Source of the DNA: Heterodontus francisci
Lineage: Eukaryota
Direction: 5' to 3'
NCBI RefSeq assembly: GCF_036365525.1
Contig: NC_090407.1
Location: 18,796,234 to 18,860,233, forward strand
DNA length: 64,000 nt
In this document: positions 12,036-24,379 of the stretch, piece after piece
How the letters are laid out: every line of letters begins with the position of its first letter
Position numbering within the stretch: the stretch's first letter is position 1
Made by a program: the position numbers and the translations under genes
Notes under the pieces: generated by a model
Told to the model about the DNA's origin: nothing
What the model saw: the letters and a program-made list of their open reading frames with translations, nothing else
The model's database searches: none

Positions 12036-12961
12036 ATTTTAAATCTGTGCCCTCGGGTTGCCGACCCTCCTGCCAATAGAAACAGTTTTGTCTTAATTAC
12101 GACATCAAAACCCCTCATGATTTTGACCCCTTTGTTCTTGCAAACTACCACTCCATCTTTAACCTCCCTTTCCTCTCCAAACTTCATGACTGTGCTGTTG
12201 TCTCCCAAATTCATGCCCATCTTTCTCAGAACTCCGTTTGAATCTCTCCAGTTTTCTGCCTCTGCTACAGTACCGAAATGGTTCGAATCAAGGTAACAAA
12301 TGGTATCCAATGTGACTGTGAAAACCATCCATCTTGACCTATCTGCAGTCTTTGACACGGTTGAGCACACCATCCTCATCCAGTGCCTCTCCACCTTCAT
12401 CCAGCTAGGTGAGACTGCATTCGCTTGGTTCCATTCTTATCTATCTAGTTGTAGCCAGAGAGGTGGTGGTGAGGTAGAGCTATATGTCATCAGCGTACAT
12501 ATGAAAACTGACGTCGTGTTTGCGGATGATGTCCCCAAAGGGCAGCATGTAGATGAGAAATAGGAGGAGGCCAAGGACAGATCCTTGGAGGACAACAGAG
12601 GTAACTGTGCGGGAATGGGAAGAGAAGCCATTGATGGCGAATCTCTGGCCATGATTAGATACATAAGAATGGAACCAGGCCAGTACAGTCCCACCCAACT
12701 GAATGTTGACATTAGTGAACCAGGCAGATTTATACAATAATCCAACATTAGTTTGTTATTTTCAATTATTTTTTCAAACTGAATTTAAACTAGTTGTGAA
12801 TTCACATTCTCTGGATTATTAGCCCATGACATGTGGATTACTAGTCCAGTAACACAACCACTACACCACCGTACCCACCCCCGCCCCCTTTTGATTTCAT
12901 CGTCAGGGAAAGATTATCAATGAGTTTGCAGCTTTCTGAGACTGGGACTGCAGATCCTTAC

Positions 12962-13106
12962 GGCATTTCTTATGAAGCTCCTTGGTACGTTTGGCGAGAG
13001 TTACAATCTCGTGCCGGGCGAACATTTTTGCTGTGTGTGTGTCATCACGGCAGGAGCTACAGAGTGGCTGGTTGCACGTGTTGCAGTAAAACATGGCGTC
13101 TGCGTC
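12962..13106 (-). CDS. RNF207: RNF207 coding exon 3 (B-box; DADAMFYCNTCNQPLCSSCRDDTHTAKMFARHEIVTLAKRTKELHKKC)
   Basis: ttgcag acceptor and C|gtaagg donor; 145 nt; B-box Cys/His pattern; matches human YFCNTCGQPLC...MFARHDIV. Confidence 0.95.
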
Positions 13107-14290
13107 CTGCAAGGGGACAAAGCAATAAAATAAGACACTTAAAGAAGCTGAATACTCAAAATATATATATTGTAAAATATATTATCTTGGCCAGTGCCCC
13201 CCTGGCCCCACCACCTCCAGTGCAGGTGCTGACTCCTAGTTGGTGGTTGGGTGGGGCACTTTTCTGTAAGCTGAGTTGAGGTATTGGATGCCTGCAGACT
13301 GTTCAACCAGCAAGGGTACAGGGGCGGGCATCTCATCCCCAAGCCCAATTCTGCCCTCAGTCCAACCTGTGCACGGGGTCACTGGGCACTGGGTAATGGT
13401 CGGGAGCTAAAACCTGGACAAACATTTTTGCTTCACTTAAACAACTTGGATTTATATAGCACCTTTAGTAAAATGTTCCGAGGTACTTCAAAGGAGCATT
13501 ATCAAACAGAATTTTACACCGAGCCACATATGGAGCTATTAGGGAAGGTGACCAATAGCTTGGTCAAAGACATAGGTTTCAGGGAGTGTCTTTAAAGAGG
13601 AGAGACAGAGAGAGAGATAAAGAGGCGGACAGCCTTAGAGGGAATTCCAGAGCTCAGAGCCTAGATGGCTGAAGGCACAGCTGCCAAGCGTGGGCAAAGC
13701 AAGTGATGGATGAACAAGAGGCCAGAATTGGAGGAGCGCAGAGATCTCGAAGGGTTATAGGACTGGAAGAAGTTCAAAGATAGGGAGGGCTGAGGTGGAG
13801 CATTTTAAAATCAAGGTGTTGCTGGACCGGCAGTTAATGTAAGTCAGCAAGCACAGGGGTGATTATTCTCCTGATCCAGTGAAACATATCTCAGTTGTAA
13901 TTTTCTACCTCTAGCCCAGACTGAGTGTGGCTAACTCAGCACAGACCGTGTACTGAGCCTGCATGTGTCTAACTGAGCCCAGTCTACATTGAGTTAGCTG
14001 AAATGAGCAGGGCAGCAGTTAGGGCACTATCACTGGCCTTAGCTCTGCTAGATTGGTTTCTACTGAATCCAGATGAAAAGACGTTTGGATATGATGCACT
14101 CCACAACCGAACAGTGAAGGCTCACTGACTAAGCTCATAAGTGGCTACTTTGGCAATGTGGTTGGCGCCCGTGGAACTGAACCCCAGAAATAAAAGGTGC
14201 CTTCACGAGAGGAGGAGAGAAAATGCCTGAATTCCACTCTGCCCTCACTCTTTGAGCCCTCTCAGTGGTTTCACGGCCCCTCCCCTTTAC

Positions 14291-14423
14291 CTGTTTCCTG
14301 CACTCAAGGTCACAATTTGCACACTGCACAATCTCCTCGCTGTCAGCTGAGCTGTCGACCAGGAACTTCAGCAGTCGATCTACCTTCGGGAGCCCACTGG
14401 TACCCTTCACAATCGACAGACGT
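14291..14423 (-). CDS. RNF207: RNF207 coding exon 2 (RLSIVKGTSGLPKVDRLLKFLVDSSADSEEIVQCANCDLECRKQ)
   Basis: ttccag acceptor and CAG|gtaaag donor; 133 nt restores frame (191+133=324); matches human VDRLLQFLVDSS...CANCDLEC. Confidence 0.95.
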
Positions 14424-14629
14424 CTGGAATAGAAACAGAACCATTGCCCAGTGCAGAAAACCAAAGATATTCCTGTGCGAAATGTGGGAACCAACTACAA
14501 GGGAAGGGATTGAGGTTGGGTAAAGGCAAAAGGGAACATTGAGGTGTGAAAGATCACTGAACTGGGTTTGAACTTCACACAGGGCAACTCCAGTCATCCC
14601 CGGACTCATGCTCACTATAACACAGCCTG

Positions 14630-15878
14630 CATTTATACAGAACTGTCTTCACAAAAGAGGGGAATGATGCAGATATTGTAGTTAAGGAAGAAGAGTGTAA
14701 AACATTGGATGTGATAAACATAGGGAGAGAGGATGTATTAATGGGGTTAGCATCCTTGAAAGTTGATAAATCACCAGGTCCAAATGAAATGTACCCAAGG
14801 CTGTTAAAAGAAGTAAGAGAGGAAATAGCAGAGGGTCTGACCATCTTTTTCCAGTCCTCATTAGATACAGGTGTGGTGTTGGAGGATTGGAGAACTGCTA
14901 ACGTTGGACCTCTGTTTAAAAAGGGAGTGAAGGATAGACCGAATAATTATCAGCCAGTCAGTCTAACCTCAGTAGTGGCAAATTATTGGAATCTATTCTG
15001 AGAGGCAGGATAAACGGTCACATAGAAAGGCACAGGTTAATCAAGGATATTCAGCATGGATTTATTAAGGGAAGATCTTGTTTGACCTACTTGATCGAAT
15101 TTTTGAAGAGGTAACAAGGAAGATAGATGAGGATAGTGGAGTTGATGTGTCTCCATGGATTTAAGCAAGACTTTTGACAAGATTCCACATGGCAGACTGG
15201 TTAAAAAAAAACCCCAACGGATCCAGGGAAATGCAGCAAAGTGGATTCAAAATTGGCTCAGTGGCAGGAAACAAAGGGTAATTGTTGACGGGTGTTTTAG
15301 CGACTGGAGAGCTTTTTTCCAGTGGTGTTCTGCAGGGCTCAGTACTGGGTCCCCTGCTTTTTGTGGTATATATTAACGATTTGGATGTAAATGTAGGGGG
15401 CATGATCAAGAAGTTTGCGGATGACACAAAGATTGGCCAAGTGGTAGATAGCGAGGAGGATAGCTGATGGTCTGATCAGATGGGCAGAAAAGTGGCAAAT
15501 GGAATTCAACTTGGAGAAGTGTGAGGTGATGCATTTGGGGAGGTCAAACAAGGCAAAGGAATACACGATTAATGGGAAAATACTGAGAAGTGTAGAGGAA
15601 GTGAGGGACCTTGGAGTGAATGTCCACAGATCCCTGAAGGTAGCAGGACAGGTCAATAAGGTGGTTAAGAAGGCATATGGAATCCTTTCCTTTATGAGCC
15701 GAGGTATAGAATACAAGAGCAGGTAGGTTATGCTGGAACTGTACAACTCATTGGTTAGGCCACAACATGAGTACAGTGTGCAGTTCTGGTCACCTCATTA
15801 CAGAAAGGATGTAATTGCACTAGAGAGGGTACAGAGGAGATTTACGAGGATGTTGCCAGGACTGGAAAAATGCAGCTT
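14630..15878 (+). mobile_element. Decayed CR1 LINE ORF2 fragment
   Basis: Frameshifted RT motifs KSPGPNEMYPRLLKE, GVLQGSVLGPLLF, KFADDTKIG and MEFNLEKCEVMHLG. Confidence 0.88.
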
Positions 15879-17054
15879 CATATCTGAACCACGGCTGACA
15901 CGTTGAAACCAATTGTAGTGGCCCCTCTACCACTGTGCTAGCCAGGAAAAGAAACTGTTAAAGAAAAGATGTCCAAAAACAGGCTGTATGACCACTGTTC
16001 CCCTCTGACATGAGGAAACCTCATCCTATTCACTGCCAAACCACTGTTAAACACCATCTCACACCTCAGCAACTCAACAATCTACAAATAAGGATGTAAC
16101 ACTGAGAGAAATGCGAGCTCTCACCTGTGGTCATCTGTTTCATCCAGCCTCATCTCTGATCCTCCATGTACGGAATCAGCCAGGTTACGTCTCGCGTGGC
16201 CTCCTCCCTACCCTGCCCCTCAACCCCACCTTACCCCTCCCACCACTGAAATGTCCCGAATACTGGACAGTGCCGGACTATCGAGTGCTGGTCAGTGGTG
16301 ACTGGAGGAGCTTGCAGGGACAAACTGTACATCAGGTTGGGGAGGGAGGCAGCGGAGCGACTAAAAACGGCACAGCCAGTCAGTCACCTGTGGGGGATTT
16401 CATTTCATGAGCAAAGGCTCCAGCTGCCTGAAGCTACGCCCTGCACCGCACACTGGCCCAGCTTCAGGCCTCTCTGACCTTCATGATGCTTCCAACAGTC
16501 TAATTGTAATCTTCATCTGGAAACAATGAATTCAGCACTAGCTTGGAAATTAAAAAACCCCTTCAATCCCTGAGATAAACAGGCCCTGGTCCAATTACAG
16601 AAGTGTATTTTTTTTAATCCCTCTGTGTTTAGATTTTGCAATGTCAAATCTAAAATTAAAAACTAACGAGAGGATCAGATCACCTTGTAAATGTCACATG
16701 GGGTCTCTATCTAAAAGATACACACCGGGGCTCCTGAACAACAAAAACCTGTTTCTGTTTATTTTTGGAGGGGATTTTGAGGGTGGGTTCTGGGCAATTG
16801 GTAGTGTACGGAACTGTCCAGCTGTCCGTAATTGGTCAGTGCTAGATTTAACAATCCTGTTAGATTAGCAAACCCTTTGCTTATTGTCATGGAGACTGCG
16901 TGCCTGTGCTATCTCGGCCTGGTGAGCTTGACTTGCCTCACATTCCGATCCCTCTAAAAGTAGCCTGTCTTCTATTGTGCAGCTGTTTGACAATGTGATT
17001 GATGCTTTCTCTTGGTTACCGGGGATTGAGTGGGTGACAACTGGCTGAGCTATT

Positions 17055-17502
17055 GTGTCAGCTGTGGCTCAGTTGGTAGCACTCTCACCTCTGCGTCATA
17101 AGGTTCTAGGTTCAAGTCCCACTCCAGAGCATTAGTGTCCAAAAATCAAGGCTGACACTCCAGTGCAGTGCTATGGTGTTGGAGGTGATGTCTTTTGGAT
17201 TATATGCTAAACCAAGGGGCCCATCTGCCTGCTCGTGTGGATGTAAAATATCCAATGGCACTATTTTGAAGAAAAGCAAGGGAGTTGTCCTGGCCAATAT
17301 TTATCCTTCAATCAACATTACCAGAACAATTTTTTTGGTCATTATCACATTGCTGCTTGTGAGAGTTGTCTGTGTGAAAATTGGCTACTGCGTTTCCTAC
17401 AATACAATAGTGACTACACTTCAAAAAGTAGTTCATTGGCTGTAAAGTGCTTTGAGACATCCGGTGACTGTGAAAAATGCTATATAAATGCAAGTCTTTT
17501 TT
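17055..17502 (+). mobile_element. SacSINE1-like DeuSINE (tRNA head, Deu domain, L2-like tail)
   Basis: GGCTCAGTTGGTAGCACTCT...GGTTCAAGTCCC head; Deu-domain-like GTAAAATATCCAATGGCACTATTTTGAAGAAAAGCAAGGGAG...CCTGGCCAATATTTATCC; tail GCTATATAAATGCAAGTC. Confidence 0.8.
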
Positions 17503-18097
17503 TAACTGTCCATTTGAGATCAGTTGGGTCAGCTGGATGTAAGGGAGAGATGTATCTTTATCTCCAGTCCTCTCCTGAAGGTGCTGTTTATCAGCCAGGC
17601 CCTCCTCTATTCCCAGTTTCAATGCTTCACGTGTGGGCCTAGATGCTGACCTGACCTGCCCTGTGGAAAACTGATGGGCTCGGGTGTAACACTAGTTTTA
17701 CTCCCCGTTCGATTTTACTCTCCACTGGTCAATATTAAACAGGGTGTAAAACTGGTGTTCCACCTGATCCGGTGGGATTCCTGCCTGGTGAGTTAAGTTA
17801 TAATTACCCTCAGAATGTCGGTTGGTTATTTGCTGCTAGCGGGGGAATTACAGGTGGGTCCAAACCCATCTACGCCACACACCTGCAGCTGGGGGTCACT
17901 GAATCAAGATGAGAACACTTGGCCAATTCTTCTTTTTCTCTTCCCTAGTCTTCTGGTGCCTGGATCGACTGTAGCACCACCCCCCTATTCCCTGTTTTAT
18001 CCACCCCTTTCACACTCACTGCTGCATTGTGGTGCGATTCGGGGATCAGGCCTGTTACCATCCTGGTCTCTATGATACATTGGGTCACAAATGAGCA

Positions 18098-18488
18098 TCT
18101 GTGGCTCAGTGGTAGCAGTCTCAGCAGAGCTGGGATTCAAGACCCACTCCAGAAACTTAAGCACATAATTTAGGCTGATGTTCCAGTGTAGTGCTACAGT
18201 GTTGGAGGTACCATCTTTCAGGTGTGACGTTAAACTGAAGCCCTGTCTGTCCTCTTAGATTGATGTAAAAGATCTCAAACCATTTTAAAGAAGAGCAGGA
18301 GAGTTCTCCCTCGCGACTTGGCCAATATGTATCCCTCACTACAAATAAATTATCTGGTTATTATCACATAGCTGTTTGTGGGACCTTACTGTGTGTAAAC
18401 TGACAGTGACTACACTTCAAAGTACTTAGTGGTTGCAAAATGCTTTGTGACGCCCGAGGTTGTGAAAGGTGCTATATAAATGCAAGTC
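18098..18488 (+). mobile_element. SacSINE1-like DeuSINE
   Basis: Same layout as 17055-17502. Confidence 0.78.
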
Positions 18489-18598
18489 GTCCAGTGCCAA
18501 CAGGACTGAGTACTCACAGACTGAGTTTCAGAAGAACTGCAAGTTTCATTTGAAATGGAACTGGCTGCAAATTGTTATATCATTTTCAGGTTTCTTAC

Positions 18599-18789
18599 CC
18601 ACAGAGAGGGCAGGAGAGACGTCCTTCTGCAGCTCTGCCCCGCAGACAGGTGGCACAGAAGGTGTGGTAGCAGTCCAGGAGGCAGGGGTGTTCATACTGC
18701 TCATAGCAGAGATGGCAGACAAGTGGGTGGCAGTTTGCATTGTCCAGATCGTACAGGTTATCCAAGGGAGAGAATATTCCACCAGACAT
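18599..18789 (-). CDS. RNF207: RNF207 first coding exon (RING finger; MSGGIFSPLDNLYDLDNANCHPLVCHLCYEQYEHPCLLDCYHTFCATCLRGRAAEGRLSCPLCG)
   Basis: C3HC4 RING motif that closely matches the recalled human RNF207 N-terminus (MSGAIFGPL...HPLVCPLCHVQYERPCLLDC). The ATG directly follows a ttgcag acceptor; donor GG|gtaag; 191 nt, phase 2. Confidence 0.95.
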
Positions 18790-18864
18790 CTGCAACAAAG
18801 AGAATTACCAGGACCAGTCAATGTCTCAAAATACAGATGGAAATATTCCATCGCCCAGCATTCC

Positions 18865-20200
18865 CCACGCCCGACCCCATCCTAGACCTGACCCTGTCCG
18901 ACACCCAACCCCATCCTACACCCAACACTGTGGCGCAGTGGTTAGCACCGCAGCCTCACAGCTCCAGCGACCCGGGTTCGATTCCGGGTACTGTCTGTGT
19001 GGAGTTTGCAAGTTCTCCCTGTGTCTGCGTGGGTTTTCTCCGGGTGCTCCTGTTTCCTCCCACATGCCAAAGACATGCTGGTTGATAGGTTAATTGGCCA
19101 TTATAAATTGCCCCTTGTATAGGTAGGTGGTAGGGAAATATAGGGACAGGTGGGGATGTGATAGGTATATGGAATTAGTGTAGGATTAGTATAAATGGGT
19201 GGTTGATGGTCGGCACAGACTCGGTGGGCCGAAGGGCCTGTTTCAGGGCTGTATCTCTAAACTAAACTACACCCGAACCCATCCTTCACCTGACCCCATC
19301 CTACACCTGACCCCATCCTACACCCGACCCCATCCTGCACCTGACTCCATCCTTCACCCGACCCCATCCTACACCCGACCCCATCCTACATCCGATCCCA
19401 TCTTGCACCCAACCCCATCTTTTACCCAACCCCATCCTGCACCTGACTCCATCCTTCACCCAACCCCATCGACACCTGACCCGATCCTTCACCTGACCCC
19501 ATCCTTCACCCGACCCCATTCTACACCCGACCCCCATCCTACACCTGACCCCATCCTACACCCGACCCCCATCCTTCACCTCACCCCATCCTACACCCGA
19601 CCCCATCCTACACCCGACCCCCATCCTACACCCGACCCCCACCCTACACCCGACCCCATCCTACACCCGACCCCATCTTGCACCCAACCCCATCCTGCAC
19701 CTGACTCCATCCTTCGCTTGACCCCATCCTACACCCCACCCCATCCTATACCCGACCCCATCCGACACTCGACCCCATCCTACACCCGACCCCCATCCTT
19801 CACCTGACCCCATCCTACACCCGACCCCCATCCTACACCCGACCCCATCCTACACCCGACCCCATCTTGCACCCAACCCCATCCTGCACCTGACTCCATC
19901 CTTCGCCTGACCCCATCCTACACCCCACCCCATCCTATACCTGACCCCATCCTACACCCGACCCCATCTTGCACCCAATCCCATCTTTTACCCAACCCCA
20001 TCCTGCACCTGACTCCATCCTTCACCCGACCCCATCCTTCACCAGACCCCATCCTACACCAGACCCCCATCCTACACCTGACCCTAACCAACACCCGACT
20101 TCATCCTACACCCAACCCCATCCTACACCCGATCCGATCATACACCTGACCCCATCCCACACCCAATCGTTCCCTACACCGATCCCGTCCTACACCTGAC
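18865..20200. repeat. Minisatellite with 17-18 bp unit CACCCGACCCC(C)ATCCTA, interrupted by a SINE
   Basis: Directly visible tandem array with variant units (cacctgactccatcctt, cacccaaccccatcctg). Confidence 0.95.
18927..19269 (+). mobile_element. HE1-type V-SINE inserted in the minisatellite
   Basis: Same head, V domain and tail, ending in (CTAAA)n. Confidence 0.88.
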
Positions 20201-20699
20201 CCTTACACCTGTCCAACATTCCTTCTCTCCACGTGGCTTTGTACCATACAAATGGGCTCTGGATGGGGGATTGGATGCACTGACTCCTTGATGAGACTCA
20301 TAGTTTGCTTTCTTCATGTTGAAGTTAGACAATGAGTGTTGCCAGGTAATCTAACCATGGGGGGACATCACAGACAATCCTAACCCGATTATCACCTAAT
20401 ATCAGGGCTCAGTGGATAGTGACAGGATGGGGAGCCTTGGATAGCCCAGGGAGACTATCAGTTGTAACACCCATCCCACCACTCTGGCTAAAATCAGATA
20501 AAACTACCAATTTTTGTTGGCCCTGGGCCCTTCCTGGGCTGTATGGCTGAGTACCACCCCATGTAATATATGTATTTGCTGAGCCACTGGGCAAGTCTAC
20601 ATTTATATTTGAAACCAGTTGATCTCCCATGGAGAAGCACACAGGGAATCAAGACCAAGTATAGAACTCATATGAATTGCGGTTAGAAGATGGGAGAAA

Positions 20700-21262
20700 T
20701 TGGAACAATGCATGCAGATTTAGAATACTATGCAACCACACTTGGAGTACTGTGAACAGTTTTGGTATATTATTTGGTATATATATCCATATTATAACAA
20801 GAATACAGAGGCACTTGAGAAGGTGCGGAAAAGATTCACTAGGATAATACCAGAGCTGAGAGGATATACTTATCAGGAATGACTGATCAGACCAGGGCTC
20901 TTCTCTAGAAAAGTGAAGACTGAGGAGTGACCTGATAGAAGTCTTCAAAATAATGAAAGAGTTTAATAAGGTATATGTGGAGAAAATGTTTCCAATAGTG
21001 GGGACTCCAAATCTAGGAGCCATAAATATAGGATAGTCAGTAATAAATCCAATAATGAACTCAGGAGAAACTTGTTTACCCAGAGAGTGTTTGGAATGTG
21101 GAACTCTACCACAAGGTTTGGTTGAGGCAAATATCATAGATGCATTTAAGCGGAAGCTAGATAAACGTCTGAGGCAGAAAGGGATAGAAAACTTTGCTGA
21201 TAGGATGAGATGAAGAGGGGTGGGAAGAGGCTGGGTCCTGTTTCTGTGCTGTAAATTCTGTC
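20700..21262 (+). mobile_element. Decayed CR1 3' fragment
   Basis: Similar to CR1 RT C-terminus (ccacacttggagtactgtgaacagtt...tttacccagagagtgtttggaatgtggaac) with CR1 tail. Confidence 0.75.
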
Positions 21263-22148
21263 AATCAGTCCCCATCTTGAAGTCATACATTCAGATTTAA
21301 TTTTTATATTTTCATTATAAATTCCTTTGTGAACATTTATAACAGAAACTACCTATATAAATTTGTCTGCTCTAAGTATGCCCTCCTACCAGTGGTGGCA
21401 TTCCAGCACCTCCATTGGTGGGAGGGTGTCATTACAGTGTGACTTTTTACATAGACACTTTCCATTATAAACATGGACAGAATGATTTCTACTGAAAAGG
21501 TTGACAGGAAGTGTACATTGATGTAATGTTTCACATATCATGGAAATGCCATCTCTTTTAAAAAGTGTGAATTACCTTTTAAAAGTTATCTGCATCATAA
21601 AAGCATAAAATTAAAATCAATTTATTTCAGTGTTCTGATACTGTGAGTTTCAGTGACAATATCCTAATTTGGAACTTTTAGTTTATCTATCAATTCATTT
21701 CACAACGTCACTCAGAGTATGATATGTTTTATTGATTGTAATATTGTAAAACACAGCAGTCCATGTAGCTAAACTTATATTCAACGTGCAACAAGTCCAA
21801 AATCTCGTTAAAAAAAAATCTTTTGTATGAAATGTAAATGAAGTAAAGATGTGACTTTTCTTCTAATTCTCGGAATATTCTAAAGATAACTAGTGAATCT
21901 TATTTTTCACAGCGACGTTTATACTGTATTTCAAATAGATCAGCAGGCTCACGGAAAAGAAACGAGCAACAAATCTTCAAACAGGTATAAAACATCACAA
22001 ACTGGAGCTGCATTCGGCAGTCCTCTCTCCAGCTCACACCACACAGCAGATCCTGTGAATGCCCGTCGTATAACAACACCAGATATTAAAGTGATTTTAA
22101 CAAGAGTAGCTGGAGATGTTATCTGGGACTCGGCTGCGCTCTCCTTAC

Positions 22149-22330
22149 CTTGGTTCTGTCTCTCTGGCCTCGGGCTGGTATGAGAAGAATCTCTGATCCC
22201 TTTTAGAAAGTAGCTGCCCATTGACGTCAGGGCCCCATGAACTTGTGTCCTTCACTGCGAAGCTCCTGGGTTATCAGCAGGCTGGGGACTGGGCTGGGAG
22301 GTGATCTTCTGTTTTCTCCCTCGTGTGTTT
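22149..22330 (-). promoter_or_regulatory. RNF207: Candidate non-coding first exon / promoter region of RNF207
   Basis: The ATG exon begins at an acceptor, so an upstream UTR exon is needed. There is a strong minus-strand donor AAG|gtaagg at 22149/22148 and a full CRE TGACGTCA at 22222-22229 in non-repetitive sequence. The 5' boundary is a guess. Confidence 0.45.
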
Positions 22331-22419
22331 TATTTCAGCACACAGTGATGCCACAGAAGTGATGGTAACTTTAATCAGTCCTTATGTTGTTATTTTGTGG
22401 AGTATTTTTTTCACTTTAC

Positions 22420-23830
22420 TCTCCTCTCAAGCTTCTTTCCCGCAGCTCCAATCAAGTTTCCCCGCCGCCACAGAACTGAAAAGGCTCTAATCAAAGCCAC
22501 AAATGACATCCTATGTGACAGTGACTATAGTAAACTATCCTTCATCATTCTTTTCGATCTCTCTACAGCCTTTGATACAGTTGACCACCGATTCTTCTCC
22601 AATGCTTCTCCTACATTGCCCAGCGGGGTGGGACTGCCCTTGGCTGGCTCCATTATTACCTATCCAGTGGTAGCCAGACAATCTCCTGCAATGACTTCTC
22701 TTCCTGATCCCACAATGTTACCTCTTGAGTACCCCAAGGATCTATCCTTGCCCCTCCCCCCTCCTATTTCTCATCAACTTACTGCCCTTTGGCAACTTCA
22801 CCTGAGGACATGAAGTCAGGTTCCACAGGTATGCTGACAATGCACAGCTCTACCTAAACAGCACTTCTCTCAACCCTTCCACTGCCTCTGTATTGTCAGA
22901 TTGCTTGTCCAACATCCAGTCTTAGATAAGTCACTGATTATATCTCAATCCCTAGACGCAGTCTCAGGTTGGACCAACCTTGGCATCATATTCGATCCTG
23001 AGCTGAGTTTTCGATCGCATATACGCTCGATTAGAAAGGCCATCTACTATGCCCCTGCCTCAGCCCATCTGCTACTAAAACGTTCTTCCATGTCTTTATT
23101 ACCTCCAGTCTTGACTATTCCAATGCTCCCCTCGCTGGCCTTCCATCTTCAACCCTCTGTAGACTTCAGCTCATCCAAAACTCTGCTATTTGTATCCTAA
23201 CTTGCACCAAGTCCCTTTCACCCATCACCCCTAAGCGCTGATCTACATTGGCTCCCAGTTTACCAATGCCTCAAATAGATAATTCTTGTCCTTGTGTTCA
23301 AATCCCTCCATGACGTCAACCCTCCCTATCTCTCTAATGTCCTCCAGCCAATGTTCCCCCTAATTTTTCTTTGTTGTGCATGGCCTGTTTGTTGCACTGC
23401 GCAGTCCCTTTAAGATTACTGCATGGCAGCGCACACGTGCATCTTAAAGGGAATGTAGCATGTGCACGGCCTCTATGCTGTACTGTGTTACATTTTGGAT
23501 TGCTGTGCAGCCACACACCCATGTAGCCCTACAACCCATTGAAAACTTTGCATTCCTCTAATTCTACTTCTTGTGCATCTATTGCTCCCTTCGTCCCACT
23601 ATTTGAGGCCCTGCCTTCAGCCATCTAGGCCTAAGCTCTGGACTTTTCCTCATCTCCAGCACTGTCTCCTCCTTTGAGTTTCTAAAACCTACCTCTTTGA
23701 CCAAGCTTTAATTACTTATCTAATAGCTCCTCCGTTGGCTTGGTATGCAATTTTGTCTGATTACAGTCCTGCGCAGCACCTTGAGGCATTGTTCTACATT
23801 AAAAGTGCTATATAAACGCATGTTGCCTTA
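22420..23830 (+). mobile_element. Decayed L2 LINE
   Basis: HRTEKALIKATNDIL...LFDLSTAFDTVDH RT motifs and L2 tail GTGCTATATAAACGCATGTTG. Confidence 0.82.
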
Positions 23831-24379
23831 GGCGTGCTACAAATAGGTTTGTGCATTGATGGAGTAAATAAGGAAAAATTGTTTTCAAAGGCAAGAGGAT
23901 AGGTAACCAGGGGACACAGATTTAAGATAATTGGCAGAAGAAGCAGAGGTGACATGATCAGAATATTTTTATACAGTGAGTTGATATGATACGGAATGTG
24001 CTGTGTGAAGGATGGTGGAAGCAAATTCAGTAATAACTTTTGAAAGAGTATTGGATGAATACTTAAAGGGGAAAATGTTGCTGGGCTGTGGAGAAAGCGC
24101 AGGGAAGTGAGAGGAATTGGATAGCTCTTTCATGGAGACGGCACAGGCATCTGTTCTCATGAGAGGTCACGGACCTGAAACATTAACTCTGTTTCTGTCT
24201 TCAACAGATTCTTCAAAACCTGCTGACCATTTCTAGCATTTTCTGTTTTCATTTCAGATTTTCATCATCCGCGGCACTCTGCTTTCGTACAAGCATCAGT
24301 GGGCCGAGAGGCCTCCCGTGCTGCATCATCCTATGATTCTAGGTGTAGGGCGCCTGTTTCTTTAAAGGCAGACTTACTA

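Noticed and set aside
19199-19807. 202-aa Pro/His/Thr-rich ORF
   Set aside because: It is a translation of the SINE tail plus the minisatellite, with no splice or promoter support.
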